Source of the DNA: an uncultured Pseudomonadota bacterium
GTDB lineage: Bacteria; Pseudomonadota; Gammaproteobacteria; Burkholderiales; SG8-39
Assembly: GCA_903834835.1 (NCBI GenBank)
Contig: CAILKO010000035.1
Location: 122,539 to 186,538 of the forward strand
Length of the DNA: 64,000 bases
Reading direction: 5' to 3'
In this document: positions 20,087-30,076 of the stretch, one piece after another
How positions within the stretch are numbered: the first letter of the stretch is position 1
How the letters are laid out: every line of letters starts with the position of its first letter
Notes under the pieces: generated by a model
What the model was told of the DNA's origin: nothing
The model's input: only the letters and a program-made list of their open reading frames with translations
Databases searched by the model: none
Program-made: the position numbers and the translations under genes

Positions 20087-21100
20087 GTGAAATCCCGAGA
20101 TATGGCGTACGTTAACCCCAAGAACGGCCGCAACACCGCAAGGGTGTCCGTGGCCGGATTGCTGGCGCGCATACTCAGCGTCGCGCTGCTGCCCGCTGCC
20201 CTGGCACATGGCCAGGAGTACCCGAACAAGACCATCCGCATCATCGTGGGCTTCCCGCCGGGAGGCATTACAGATGTGTATGCGCGCAGCCTCGCCAACC
20301 AGCTTCAGGCAAAACTCAAGAACCCGGTCGTCGTGGAAAACAGGCCAGGGGGCGGCGGGCTCGTGGCTGCGGATGCGATCATCAAATCGGCGCCGGATGG
20401 ATATACGCTGACGCATATCGTGCCCTCGACCGTGACGAAAGTGTTCGTGAAGGACCCTCCCTTCGACGTTTTCAAGTCGATGCAACTGATCGCATCGGTC
20501 TGGATCGGTCCGCTCGTGCTTACAACGAATACCCAGGTCCCGGCCAGCACACTCAGGGAGTTCGTCGAGCTCGTCAAGGCTAACCCCGGAAAGTTCAACT
20601 ACGGAAGCACAAACGGCGTGAACTTCATGCCTATGGCGCTCTTTGTGAGCCTCGCCGGCCTGCAGATGCAACCGATCGAGTACAAGGGTGCCGCACAGAT
20701 CAATTCCGCGCTGCTCACCAACGAGATTCAAGCCCAGTTCAGTGCCTACCAGTCGGTCGCAAGCGTGATGGGAACCGGCAAGCTCAGACCGCTTGCGTTC
20801 ACCGGGAATCAGCGCATGGCTATCCTGCCTGACGTGCCGACAACCTCGGAACTCGGGTATCCCGCCATGAATCTGCAGACCATCGGTACCATCATGGCGC
20901 CGGCAGGGGTCCCTGGTCCGGTGGCTGCAAAACTGCAGGCTGCATTTCGCGAAATCGTAGCGTCGCCGGAGACAGAAAAGATGCTGAGGGAGAACGGCCG
21001 CCCGCTAAACGTGAACACGGATGAGCTGATGAAACTCCTCAGGGAAGAGATTGCGGCCTGGGAAGCCGCGGCCAAAGTCGCCGGCTTCCGGCCTCAATAG
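20087..21100 (+). CDS. Bug/TctC substrate-binding protein
   Basis: GGAGGAGG SD, YPNKTIRIIVGFPPGG, VVENRPGGGG, APDGYTL, YKG. Confidence 0.92.
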   Translation: MKSRDMAYVNPKNGRNTARVSVAGLLARILSVALLPAALAHGQEYPNKTIRIIVGFPPGGITDVYARSLANQLQAKLKNPVVVENRPGGGGLVAADAIIKSAPDGYTLTHIVPSTVTKVFVKDPPFDVFKSMQLIASVWIGPLVLTTNTQVPASTLREFVELVKANPGKFNYGSTNGVNFMPMALFVSLAGLQMQPIEYKGAAQINSALLTNEIQAQFSAYQSVASVMGTGKLRPLAFTGNQRMAILPDVPTTSELGYPAMNLQTIGTIMAPAGVPGPVAAKLQAAFREIVASPETEKMLRENGRPLNVNTDELMKLLREEIAAWEAAAKVAGFRPQ

Positions 21101-21143
21101 ACCCAAACTGCCGATTCGAAGTACTGTCACCTGGAGAATATCC

Positions 21144-21560
21144 ATGAGCGAGCATGCTGAAAGAAACCAACCTGTAATCGACGAATTCCGCGCGAATGCG
21201 GGTATCGTCGGCGGCCGTTATGCCGGCAGAAATCTTCTGCTGGTGAATGCAAAGGGCGCAAGAACAGGCATGGTGCGTGTACATCCTGTTATATACACGA
21301 AGGATGGCAACCGCTATGCGATCGCTGCATCGCTTGCGGGGGCAGACAAGCATCCTGCCTGGTATCACAACCTCGTCGCGCATCCTGAGGTCGAGATCGA
21401 AGTGGGTGCCTTGCGCCTCAAAGTACGGGCAAAGGTTGCCGAGGAGCCGGAACGCGCCCGGCTGTATTCAAAACTCGCATCGGAAGCCCCTGTATTCAAC
21501 GACTATCAGAAGAAGACGACACGGGTCATTCCCATGATCATCTTCTCTCCGGTGGGCTGA
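21144..21560 (+). CDS. Deazaflavin (F420H2)-dependent nitroreductase/quinone reductase, Ddn/FDOR-A family
   Basis: NQPVIDEFRANAG, LLLVNAKGARTG, IAASLAGADKHPAWYHNL, YQKKTTRVIP; GGAG SD. Confidence 0.88.
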   Translation: MSEHAERNQPVIDEFRANAGIVGGRYAGRNLLLVNAKGARTGMVRVHPVIYTKDGNRYAIAASLAGADKHPAWYHNLVAHPEVEIEVGALRLKVRAKVAEEPERARLYSKLASEAPVFNDYQKKTTRVIPMIIFSPVG

Positions 21561-21664
21561 ACCAGGCAACTGCAGGTAACGGCGAAGCGCGCAGGTCCGG
21601 TGCGCGGGGAGGCATCCAAGCACCGATCGTCGCGCTTCGAAACTCTACCGAAGGGTTTTCGTAC

Positions 21665-22579
21665 ATGTACGCAACCCCCCCGCTGATAGATACACGCGTA
21701 TTCGCCCGACTGCCGGATCATCTGCGCATGCGAGGGCGACAATCGCGCTGGCTGGACATCCAGTTTCACGGCAAGGACACCGGTTGTTTTCTGGAGGGAC
21801 CGTCCTTCGATCGCGCCGGCAACCTCTACGTGGTCGACATCCCCTGGGGGCGCATCTTCCGCATCAGTCCTCAGGGCGAGTTTTCATTAGTTGCCGAATA
21901 TGAAGGTGAGCCGAACGGCCTCAAGGTTCATCGAGACGGTCGCATCTTCATTGCCGACTACCGGCACGGGATCATGCTGCTCGACCCGGCAAGCGGAAAC
22001 GTGAGCGCGCTCCTCGAGCGCAACGTCCTCGAGCGATTCAAGGGGGTGAACGATCTGGTGTTCGCAGACAACGGCGACCTGTATTTCACCGACCAGGGAT
22101 TGACCGGACTGCACGACCCTACTGGCTGCCTCTATCGTCTCCGGACCAATGGACAACTCGACTGCCTGGTGAAGAATATTCCCAGCCCGAACGGCGTCGC
22201 CATGGGACCGAATGACGCGAGTGTTTACGTGAACGTCACCCGGGACAACGCGGTGTGGCGTGTCCCGCTGACTCAGGATGGCCGTGCATTCAAAGTCGGT
22301 GCGTTCATCCGCATGTCCGGAGGAACGGGCCCTGACGGTCTCGCTGTGGACGCCGCGGGTAACCTTGCCGTTGCGCATGTCGGACTGGGCACGGTGTGGC
22401 TGTTCAGTCAACTAGGAGAGCCCCTGGCGCGCATCCGGTCCTGCGCGGGACTGCTTACGACCAATGTTGCCTATGGCGGCCCCGATGGCCGCTCGCTCTA
22501 CATCACCGAGTCTGAAACCGGGCAGGTACTGGTTGCACAGGTCCCCTCGCCGGGCCGTACGATGTATTCCCACATGTAA
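21665..22579 (+). CDS. SMP-30/gluconolactonase/LRE family protein
   Basis: FLEGPSFD, PNGL, VNDL, SPNGVA, GPDGLAVD, TTNVAYGG. Confidence 0.9.
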   Translation: MYATPPLIDTRVFARLPDHLRMRGRQSRWLDIQFHGKDTGCFLEGPSFDRAGNLYVVDIPWGRIFRISPQGEFSLVAEYEGEPNGLKVHRDGRIFIADYRHGIMLLDPASGNVSALLERNVLERFKGVNDLVFADNGDLYFTDQGLTGLHDPTGCLYRLRTNGQLDCLVKNIPSPNGVAMGPNDASVYVNVTRDNAVWRVPLTQDGRAFKVGAFIRMSGGTGPDGLAVDAAGNLAVAHVGLGTVWLFSQLGEPLARIRSCAGLLTTNVAYGGPDGRSLYITESETGQVLVAQVPSPGRTMYSHM

Positions 22580-22591
22580 GCAGACGACAAC

Positions 22592-23614
22592 CGCTCGCTC
22601 GGCGTGCCGCTCGATGCAGCCTTCGACAGCCTCGCGGCGACGCTGGGCGCCTACTATGTAAACGACTTCAACAAATACGGCCGCACCTGGCAGGTGCTGA
22701 TGTCGGCCGATCCCGCCTACCGCAAGCAGCCGCAGGACATCGAGAAGATTTTCGTGCGTAGCGAGTCCGGCAGGATGATTCCACTAGGCGCATTCTCCAG
22801 CGTGCGCTATTCGCACGGACCGGAAACCATGGAGCGCTTCAACAACCTGCCTTCGGTAAAGATCTTCGGCCAGGGCGCGCCCGGCGTGTCCTCGGGTCAG
22901 GCGATCGAAGCGGTCGAACGCGTGGCGAAAGCAGTGTTGCCGCCCGATTTCAGCTTCGACTGGGGTGGCGCGTCCTTCCAGGAGAAGCGCTCCAGCGGCA
23001 CCTCGGGGCTCGCGCTGGCACTCGGCGTTCTCATGGTGTTCCTGATTCTCGCTGCGCTCTACGAGCGGGTATCCCTGCCGCTCGCCGTGCTGTTCGCGCT
23101 GCCTTTCGGGACCTTCGGCGCGCTTGCCTCGGTGTGGGTTCGCGGCATGGCAAACGACGTCTATTTCCAGATCGGTCTGGTCACGCTGCTCGGCCTGGCC
23201 GCAAAGAATGCGATTCTGATCGTGGAGTACGCGTTGCTGAAGAATCAGGAGGGCCTGAGCCCGGCGGCCGCGGCGCTTGAGGCCGCGCGCCTGCGGCTGC
23301 GGCCCATCCTGATGACCTCCCTCGCGTTCATCCTCGGCGTGCTGCCGCTTGCCTTCTCTTATGGTGCAGGCGCCGGCGCGCGGCGTGCGGTGGGGACTGG
23401 CGTCATGGGCGGCATGGTGGCCGCGACCTTTCTCGCGATCTTCTTCGTACCTCTCTTCTTCAAACTCATCGCAGCACGACGTCTTGGCGAGCCGCGCTCG
23501 AGTGCGGCACTCAAGGAGGAAGCGCGGCACGCGCGCAGCCAGGCCCTGGCGGGCGTGCACACGCCGGCTGTAGCGGTGCATCCATCTGCAGGCGGAGAAG
23601 GAGCCTCGAAATGA
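22592..23614 (+). pseudogene. 3' third of an HAE1 RND efflux permease (5'-truncated)
   Basis: Begins mid-domain at RSLGVPLD...YYVNDFNKYGR and keeps GLAAKNAILIVE and RLRPILMTS. About 340 aa against about 1050 for a full RND; no MFP gene and no SD. Confidence 0.85.
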
Positions 23615-25032
23615 TGCGTCGCCCGCTGGCCGCAGCCCTCCTGCTCGCGCTTGCTGCCTGCGGCACGCCGCGCGGACCCGACTACCAGCGCCCTGTCGCA
23701 GAACTGCCGGCAAGCTGGAACTCGTCCCTGGGTCCCGCTACCTCCGCGCCCGCTGTACGCGTGCCCGCGAAGTGGTGGACGATCTTCTCCGACCCTGCGC
23801 TCGATGCGCTGATGGAGCAAGCCCTTGCGCAGAACCGAGACCTCGGCGCAGCCGCTGCCCGTGTCGAGCAGGCGCGCGCCGGGCTCGCCCTGGCAGACGC
23901 CGCGCGCTCCCCGACGGTGAGCGCGGATGCGCGCGCATCGCGCAACCGTTCAACCCAGGTTGGCGCCGTACCGCTGCCGCCCACTGTCGATCCGATGAGC
24001 ACGACCTATCGCGCGACGCTCGGCGTTGCCTGGGACATGGATTTCTTCGGCCGCTATGCGCGGGCGACTGAAGCCGCTCGCGCCGACCTCCTTGCCTCGG
24101 AAGCAGGGCGCGATGCGGTGCGCCTCGCGCTTACCGCGGATGTCGCGCGCGGCTACTTCGAACTGATGTCCCTGTCCGCGCGCGAGCGCAGCGCGCAGCG
24201 GGCGCTGGACACTCGCACGGCAAGCCTCGAACTGCAGCAGAAGCGCTTTCAGGCGGGGGTGACCAACGAACTCGAACTGCGCCAGGCGCAGGCCGAGCGC
24301 GAATCCGCACGCAGTCTCGTTGCGACACTGGGTCAGCAGAAGGAACGCCTTGGCGCCTCCTTCGAGGTCCTTCTTGGTCGCAGCGCGAAACAGCTGTGGG
24401 AGGCACGGCTCGCGGTGAACGCTACGCCTGCCTTCGCTACGATGGCGCCGCTCGCGGTGCCCGAAGGCCTGCCATCCCAGTTGCTCGAGCGACGGCCGGA
24501 CATCCGCCAGACCGAGCAGCAGCTCGTCGCGGCGAATGCCCGGATCGGCGTGGCCGAGGTTTCCTATTTTCCGAGTTTTGCGCTGACCGGCTTTCTGGGC
24601 AGCGAAAGTGCGGCCTTTTCCCGGCTCTTTACCGGACCGGCCGGCGTGCTCCAGCTGGCGGCGAGCGCCGGCCTGACACTGTTTGACGGCGGCCGACGCG
24701 ACGCCCAGGTGGACCAGGCCCGCGCGGCGCAGCGTGAAGCGCTTGCGCGCTACGAGAAATCCGTTCAGGCGGCCTTCGCGGACACGCGTGCTGCCCTCGC
24801 CGCTCAGGTGGCGGCTCGGGAGATATACGAGGCCGAAAGCGCCCGCGCCACGTCCCTCGCGCGCGCGAGCGAACTTGCCCGGATGCGCTTTGATGCCGGG
24901 CTTACCAGCCAGCTGGAGGCGCTCGATGCGGAGCGCAATCTGCTCGCGGCCGAGCTTGCACGCCTGGAAGCGCTCGCAGCCCAGCGCACGGCCATCGTCG
25001 ACCTGGTGCGGGCGCTGGGAGGAGGCTGGTAG
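23611..25032 (+). CDS. Efflux outer-membrane factor lipoprotein (OprM/NodT type)
   Basis: Lipobox LAAC, WWTIFSDPAL, LLERRPDIRQ, C-terminal RALGGGW. Confidence 0.92.
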   Translation: MMRRPLAAALLLALAACGTPRGPDYQRPVAELPASWNSSLGPATSAPAVRVPAKWWTIFSDPALDALMEQALAQNRDLGAAAARVEQARAGLALADAARSPTVSADARASRNRSTQVGAVPLPPTVDPMSTTYRATLGVAWDMDFFGRYARATEAARADLLASEAGRDAVRLALTADVARGYFELMSLSARERSAQRALDTRTASLELQQKRFQAGVTNELELRQAQAERESARSLVATLGQQKERLGASFEVLLGRSAKQLWEARLAVNATPAFATMAPLAVPEGLPSQLLERRPDIRQTEQQLVAANARIGVAEVSYFPSFALTGFLGSESAAFSRLFTGPAGVLQLAASAGLTLFDGGRRDAQVDQARAAQREALARYEKSVQAAFADTRAALAAQVAAREIYEAESARATSLARASELARMRFDAGLTSQLEALDAERNLLAAELARLEALAAQRTAIVDLVRALGGGW

Positions 25033-25127
25033 GCCCATGCAAAGCCTAACGCGCTTGCAAGAATGTTGATTTTTCTGAAAATTTTCATGCTGCACAGCCG
25101 CATCCGCTGATAGAATTGCGCGCTCTC

Positions 25128-26951
25128 ATGAGCCGCCAACTTAGAAACATCGCGATCATCGCGCACGTCGACCACGGCAAGACAACCCTGGTCGACAAGC
25201 TCCTGCATCAGGCAGGGACCTTCGCAGCCCACGAACGCGTCGCTGAACGCGTCATGGACTCCAACGACATCGAGCGCGAGCGCGGGATCACGATCTTCGC
25301 CAAGAACTGCGCGATCGACTATCTCGGCACGCACATCAATATCGTCGACACACCGGGCCACGCAGATTTCGGCGGCGAAGTCGAACGCGTGCTCGGCATG
25401 GTGGATGGCGTGCTGCTGCTGGTGGATGCGGTCGAAGGGCCGATGCCCCAGACACGCTTTGTCACGCGCAAGGCGCTTGCGCTCGGCCTGCGCCCGATCG
25501 TCGTGGTGAACAAGGTCGATCGCGACGGCGCCCGCCCCGAGTGGGTGGTGAACCAGACCTTCGAACTCTTCGACAAGCTTGGGGCGACCGAGGACCAGCT
25601 CGACTTCCCGGTGGTCTATGCCTCTGCACTCATGGGCTGGGCGACGCTGGAACCGAAGGTGCCGGAAGGCACCGGGGACATGCGCGCGCTGTTCGAAACC
25701 GTGCTGAAGCATGTTCCGGCACCCGCCGCAGATGGTGTGGATGGACCTTTGCAGTTGCAGATCTCCGCACTCGACTATTCGAGCTATGTCGGGCGCATCG
25801 GCGTCGGCCGCATTCGCAGGGGCCGACTGAAATCCGGCATGCAGGTGGTGGTGGCCAATCCGGACAAGGCGCCGATCAATGCCAAGGTCGTGCAGGTCTA
25901 CGGATTTCAGGGCCTCGAACGGGTGGCGATTGCCGAGGCTCTGGCGGGAGACATCGTCCAGTTTACGGGGGTGGAGGATCTCTCCATCGGCTGCACGATC
26001 TGCGACCCGGAGAATCCGGAGGCCTTGCCGGCGACCAAGGTCGACGAACCCACGCTCACCATGAACTTCCAGGTAAACACCTCGCCGTTCGCCGGGACGG
26101 AAGGCAAGTTCATTACCAGCCGCCAGATTCGCGAACGGCTGATGCGGGAGCTCTATACCAACGTCGCGCTGCGCGTCGAAGACACAGCCGATGCGGACAT
26201 CTTCCTCGTCTCCGGACGCGGCGAGCTGCATCTCACGATTCTTGTCGAGAACATGCGGCGCGAAGGCTATGAAGTGGCGGTCGGCCGGCCTCGCGTAATC
26301 ACCCGGACGGTCAACGGGGAATTGCAGGAACCTTTCGAAATGCTGACGCTGGACCTGGAAGAAAGCCACCAGGGCCCGGTCATGGAATCACTCGCCATCC
26401 GCCGTGGCGAAATGGTCGACATGGTGCCGGACGGTCGCGGGCGGGTACGCCTGGATTACCGCATCCCGGCACGCGGCCTGATCGGCTTCCAGGGCGAGTT
26501 TCTGAACCTCACCCGTGGCAGCGGCCTGATGAGTCACGTGTTCGACGCCTATGCTCCCTGGCGCGGCGACATCCCGGGCCGCAGGAACGGCGTGCTCGTG
26601 TCGCAGGACACCGGCGATGCCGTTGCGTTTTCGCTGTTCAACCTGCAGGAACGCGGAAAACTCTTCGTTTCGCCGGGCGAGCGCATCTATGAGGGCATGA
26701 TCGTAGGCATCCACAGCCGCGACAACGACCTTATCGTAAACCCGATCAAGACCAAGAAGCTCACCAACATCCGCTCGGCGGGCAAGGACGAAAACATCAT
26801 CCTCGTTCCCCCGATCCGGCTGACCCTTGAGTACGCGGTCGAGTTCATCGAGGAAGACGAACTCGTCGAAGTCACGCCCAAGACGATCCGGGTACGCAAG
26901 CGCCACCTCACCGAAGGCGAGCGCAAGAGGGCGAGCCGCGCAGTCGCCTGA
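25128..26951 (+). CDS. typA: Translational GTPase TypA/BipA
   Basis: [44 protein letters not shown]. Confidence 0.98.
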   Translation: MSRQLRNIAIIAHVDHGKTTLVDKLLHQAGTFAAHERVAERVMDSNDIERERGITIFAKNCAIDYLGTHINIVDTPGHADFGGEVERVLGMVDGVLLLVDAVEGPMPQTRFVTRKALALGLRPIVVVNKVDRDGARPEWVVNQTFELFDKLGATEDQLDFPVVYASALMGWATLEPKVPEGTGDMRALFETVLKHVPAPAADGVDGPLQLQISALDYSSYVGRIGVGRIRRGRLKSGMQVVVANPDKAPINAKVVQVYGFQGLERVAIAEALAGDIVQFTGVEDLSIGCTICDPENPEALPATKVDEPTLTMNFQVNTSPFAGTEGKFITSRQIRERLMRELYTNVALRVEDTADADIFLVSGRGELHLTILVENMRREGYEVAVGRPRVITRTVNGELQEPFEMLTLDLEESHQGPVMESLAIRRGEMVDMVPDGRGRVRLDYRIPARGLIGFQGEFLNLTRGSGLMSHVFDAYAPWRGDIPGRRNGVLVSQDTGDAVAFSLFNLQERGKLFVSPGERIYEGMIVGIHSRDNDLIVNPIKTKKLTNIRSAGKDENIILVPPIRLTLEYAVEFIEEDELVEVTPKTIRVRKRHLTEGERKRASRAVA

Positions 26952-27046
26952 CGTCTTGCCCCCGAACCCGCGGAGCGCCGAAAACAGCGGCAGATTCTGT
27001 TCTTCGGGGCAGACACGCAGCGAAGCAGGAAGTCCGGCATGACCCA

Positions 27047-27080
27047 GCGCAGATAGTAACGTTTATGTTACTATCTGCGC
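27047..27080. repeat. Palindrome copy 1 (14-bp arms, TAGTAAC-N6-GTTACTA core)
   Basis: GCGCAGATAGTAAC-GTTTAT-GTTACTATCTGCGC. Confidence 0.9.
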
Positions 27081-27104
27081 ATCGAAATCGCCCGGTGATC
27101 CCCT

Positions 27105-27851
27105 TCAGGGCACGTGCTTCAGCATGAAATCCCGGATCCGGTCGACGATACCCGGCAGCGCGAGATGGCGTACGCCTTCCGGCGTTTCCACGTCGTGGAC
27201 CCATTCGCGGATGCATTCGGAATTCGGGGCGAGTCGCGCGAGCTCCAGCCCGATCTCGGGCGGGTGCCACTGGTCGTGACCCGGGAGCACGAGCATGGGC
27301 GTCTGGCAGCCCTGTATGAACTCCCGCGTGACTGACGGGATGAAGTCCCGCTCATAGAGGTTCCATGCGAACTGGTCGAGGACCGCCTCCGTGACTTCGG
27401 GATGGTTGCGGTGCGTGCTGACCCATTGTTCAAAACTCGGCCGCCGTCCCTTATAGGGCCCGATGCGCCCGCTCGGCGTGGCGTGCACCGCGGCGCTGAC
27501 GCGCCAGGGCTGCGTCTGCATCAGATGGAGCGAAAACGAGGGACCGATACAGTGCCCGAGCACGTGGCAGCGCTCAATGCCGAGATGATCCAGAAGACGG
27601 ATGTGGTCCGTGGTGTAGGAATGCCATCCGTCCTCAATGGTGATCGGCGCCCAGGATTCCCCCGCATTGCGAATATCAAGTGCGATCAGGCGGAAATCCT
27701 TTGCAAAATCCACTGTGGCGTCAAACGCCGTGATCGTGTGCCAGGCATCGACCGACGAATTGAGCGAGCCCCCCGAGAACAACAGCACCGGATAGCCTGA
27801 GCCGAATTCCTCATAGTGGATCGTGACGCGATCGTAGTTCAGAAGCGGCAT
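27105..27851 (-). CDS. Alpha/beta hydrolase with Cys at the nucleophile elbow
   Basis: HYEEFGSGYPVLL, ALDIRNAGES, LGHCIG, PGHDQWHP; GGAGGGGGAGGG SD. Confidence 0.85.
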   Translation of the reverse strand: MPLLNYDRVTIHYEEFGSGYPVLLFSGGSLNSSVDAWHTITAFDATVDFAKDFRLIALDIRNAGESWAPITIEDGWHSYTTDHIRLLDHLGIERCHVLGHCIGPSFSLHLMQTQPWRVSAAVHATPSGRIGPYKGRRPSFEQWVSTHRNHPEVTEAVLDQFAWNLYERDFIPSVTREFIQGCQTPMLVLPGHDQWHPPEIGLELARLAPNSECIREWVHDVETPEGVRHLALPGIVDRIRDFMLKHVP

Positions 27852-28001
27852 GTCCCTCCCCCTCCTTGTTCATGTGCGATTGACCTGCCGAACGATAGCG
27901 CAATCCGGCACCGACAATCCACCTCTTGCACGGTGCGGCGATGGACGCTACCGGATGCACGCCTGTAACATCGCCTTCCGACTAGGGCGCTGGAGACAGG
28001 A

Positions 28002-28970
28002 ATGGACCGCAGACTCATGATTGCCGCACATTGGTTCCTTGCCGCAGCAACATTATTCGCTGGCAGCAGCGTGTCGGCCCAGGATTTTCCCAATCGCCCG
28101 ATTCGCGTGATCGTGACAAACTCCCCCGGGACAACCTCCGATGCACTGGCCCGCGTGCTCGCGCCCGCGATGTCGCGGTTCCTGTCGCAGCCGGTGGTCG
28201 TAGAGAACAAGGCGGGCGCTGGCAACCTGATCGGCTTCGAATACGTGGCCAAGCAGGTCCCGGCGGACGGCTATACCGTTGCGCTGATTACGATCCCCTC
28301 GCTCGTTACGCTGCCGCTGACAGTAAAAGACCTGCGCTTTGACCCGCTGAAGGATCTCCCGCCGTTTATCGGACTGGCGAAGTCCAGACTGGTCCTCGCC
28401 TCGTCCACCTCGCAACCGTGGAAGAGCTTCAACGATATGCTCACCTACGGCAAGGCAAACCCCGGGAAGCTCAACTATGGCTCGGCAGACGCCGCCACCA
28501 GAATTCTCGCGGAAGCTATCCTGCGCAGGGTCGGAATCAGCGCAGTGAACGTTCCCTACAAGTCCACCGCGCCCTATGTACAGGCTGTCATCGCGAGCGA
28601 AGTGAACTTCGCCCTGATTTCCGCGCCTCAGGCGATCGCCGCGCCCGATCGTATCCGCGTGCTTGCGGTCACTGGCGATCGACCGAGTGCGGCGTTGCCG
28701 GGTGTGCCCACCTTCGCCGAACTTGGGCACCCGCAGATTCGCGGCATCGGCCTGTCGATGAATGGCCCGGCGGGAATGCCGAAAGCGGCGATCGAAAAGC
28801 TTTCCGCCGCAGCCGCATTCGCAATGGAACAAGCTGACGTTAAGGCCCTGTTTGAAAAGGCGAATTTTGATATCGCCCTGCAATCCGCCGATGAGATCAC
28901 CAAGGGCATAGCCGAGGAATCACGACTCTTTGCGGATGTCGCCAAACAGGTCGGTATCCAGCCTCAGTAG
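28002..28970 (+). CDS. Bug/TctC substrate-binding protein
   Basis: QDFPNRPIRVIV, VVENKAGAG, PADGYT, KLNYGS, VPYK. Confidence 0.9.
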   Translation: MDRRLMIAAHWFLAAATLFAGSSVSAQDFPNRPIRVIVTNSPGTTSDALARVLAPAMSRFLSQPVVVENKAGAGNLIGFEYVAKQVPADGYTVALITIPSLVTLPLTVKDLRFDPLKDLPPFIGLAKSRLVLASSTSQPWKSFNDMLTYGKANPGKLNYGSADAATRILAEAILRRVGISAVNVPYKSTAPYVQAVIASEVNFALISAPQAIAAPDRIRVLAVTGDRPSAALPGVPTFAELGHPQIRGIGLSMNGPAGMPKAAIEKLSAAAAFAMEQADVKALFEKANFDIALQSADEITKGIAEESRLFADVAKQVGIQPQ

Positions 28971-29023
28971 CGCGGAGGGACTCGCCGCAAGCGTCGGAGA
29001 TGAGCCCGAGCCTCCGGGCACCC

Positions 29024-29041
29024 CTGTCATCGCGCTGTAAC
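29024..29041 (+). promoter_or_regulatory. Pho box upstream of pstS
   Basis: CTGTCAT-cgcg-CTGTAAC (11-bp period) 45 nt before the pstS ATG. Confidence 0.8.
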
Positions 29042-29086
29042 AGTCCGGAAACATACTGGCGTCCTATCCCCCATGGAGACAATGTC

Positions 29087-30076
29087 ATGAAATCCGCCGG
29101 TACGCTTGCTCTGGTCGGCCTCGTCGGCCTGACCACCGCCAACCTCGCACATGCCCAGATCGTGAAGCTGGACGGCTCCTCGACTGTTTATCCCATTTCC
29201 GAGGCCGTGGCCGAGGAGTTCCAGAAATCCAAGAAGAACGCGATCAAGGTGACGGTCGGCATCTCCGGCACCGGTGGCGGCTTCAAGAAGTTCTGCCGTG
29301 GCGAGACCGACATTTCGAATGCCTCACGTCCGATTCTCAAATCGGAAATGGCCGAGTGCGCGAAAGCCGGCATCAAGTACTACGAAATCCCGGTCGCTTT
29401 CGACGCCCTCACGGTTGTTGTCAACCCGAAAAATCCTGTCAAGCAGCTTACGGTGCCGGAACTGAAAACCATGTGGGAGCCTTCCGCCCAGGGCAAGGTA
29501 ACGAAGTGGAATCAGATCAACCCGGCCTTTGCCGATGCTCCTCTGAAACTGTTCGGGCCGGGCGCCGACTCCGGTACCTTCGACTACTTCACGGAAGCGA
29601 TCAACGGCAAATCAAAAGCTTCGCGCGGAGACTTTACGGCCTCAGAAGATGACAATGTACTGGTCCAGGGCGTTCAGCGTGACACCGGGGCGCTGGCATA
29701 CTTTGGTTTTGCGTATTACTCAGAGAACAAGGACAAGCTGAAGGCCGTGGCGATTGTTGATCCGAAAACCGGCAAGGCTGTCGAGCCGTCGGAGAAGACC
29801 GTCATCGACGGCAGCTACCAGCCGCTCGCGCGCCCGATTTTTGTCTATGTGAGCGAATCTGCGTACAAAAAAGCGGATGTCGCGGAGTTCGTCGCTTTCT
29901 ACCTGAAGAATGCCGCCAAGCTCTCCAAGGACGTGAAGTACGTTCCCCTGCCGCAAAAGGCATACGACATGGCTAGCGATCACCTCAAGAAGGGCAAGCT
30001 CGGTACGGTATTCGGCGGCGAGGCCGAAGTCGGTGTCCGTATCGAGGATCTTCTGGCACGCGAAGCAAAGATGTAA
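29087..30076 (+). CDS. pstS: Phosphate ABC transporter substrate-binding protein
   Basis: [36 protein letters not shown]. Confidence 0.95.
   Translation: MKSAGTLALVGLVGLTTANLAHAQIVKLDGSSTVYPISEAVAEEFQKSKKNAIKVTVGISGTGGGFKKFCRGETDISNASRPILKSEMAECAKAGIKYYEIPVAFDALTVVVNPKNPVKQLTVPELKTMWEPSAQGKVTKWNQINPAFADAPLKLFGPGADSGTFDYFTEAINGKSKASRGDFTASEDDNVLVQGVQRDTGALAYFGFAYYSENKDKLKAVAIVDPKTGKAVEPSEKTVIDGSYQPLARPIFVYVSESAYKKADVAEFVAFYLKNAAKLSKDVKYVPLPQKAYDMASDHLKKGKLGTVFGGEAEVGVRIEDLLAREAKM

Noticed and set aside
27047..27080. Palindrome read as a dif site (TTATGTTA resembles the XerD arm)
   Set aside because: No XerC arm at the 6-bp spacing, and a second copy exists 34 kb away.
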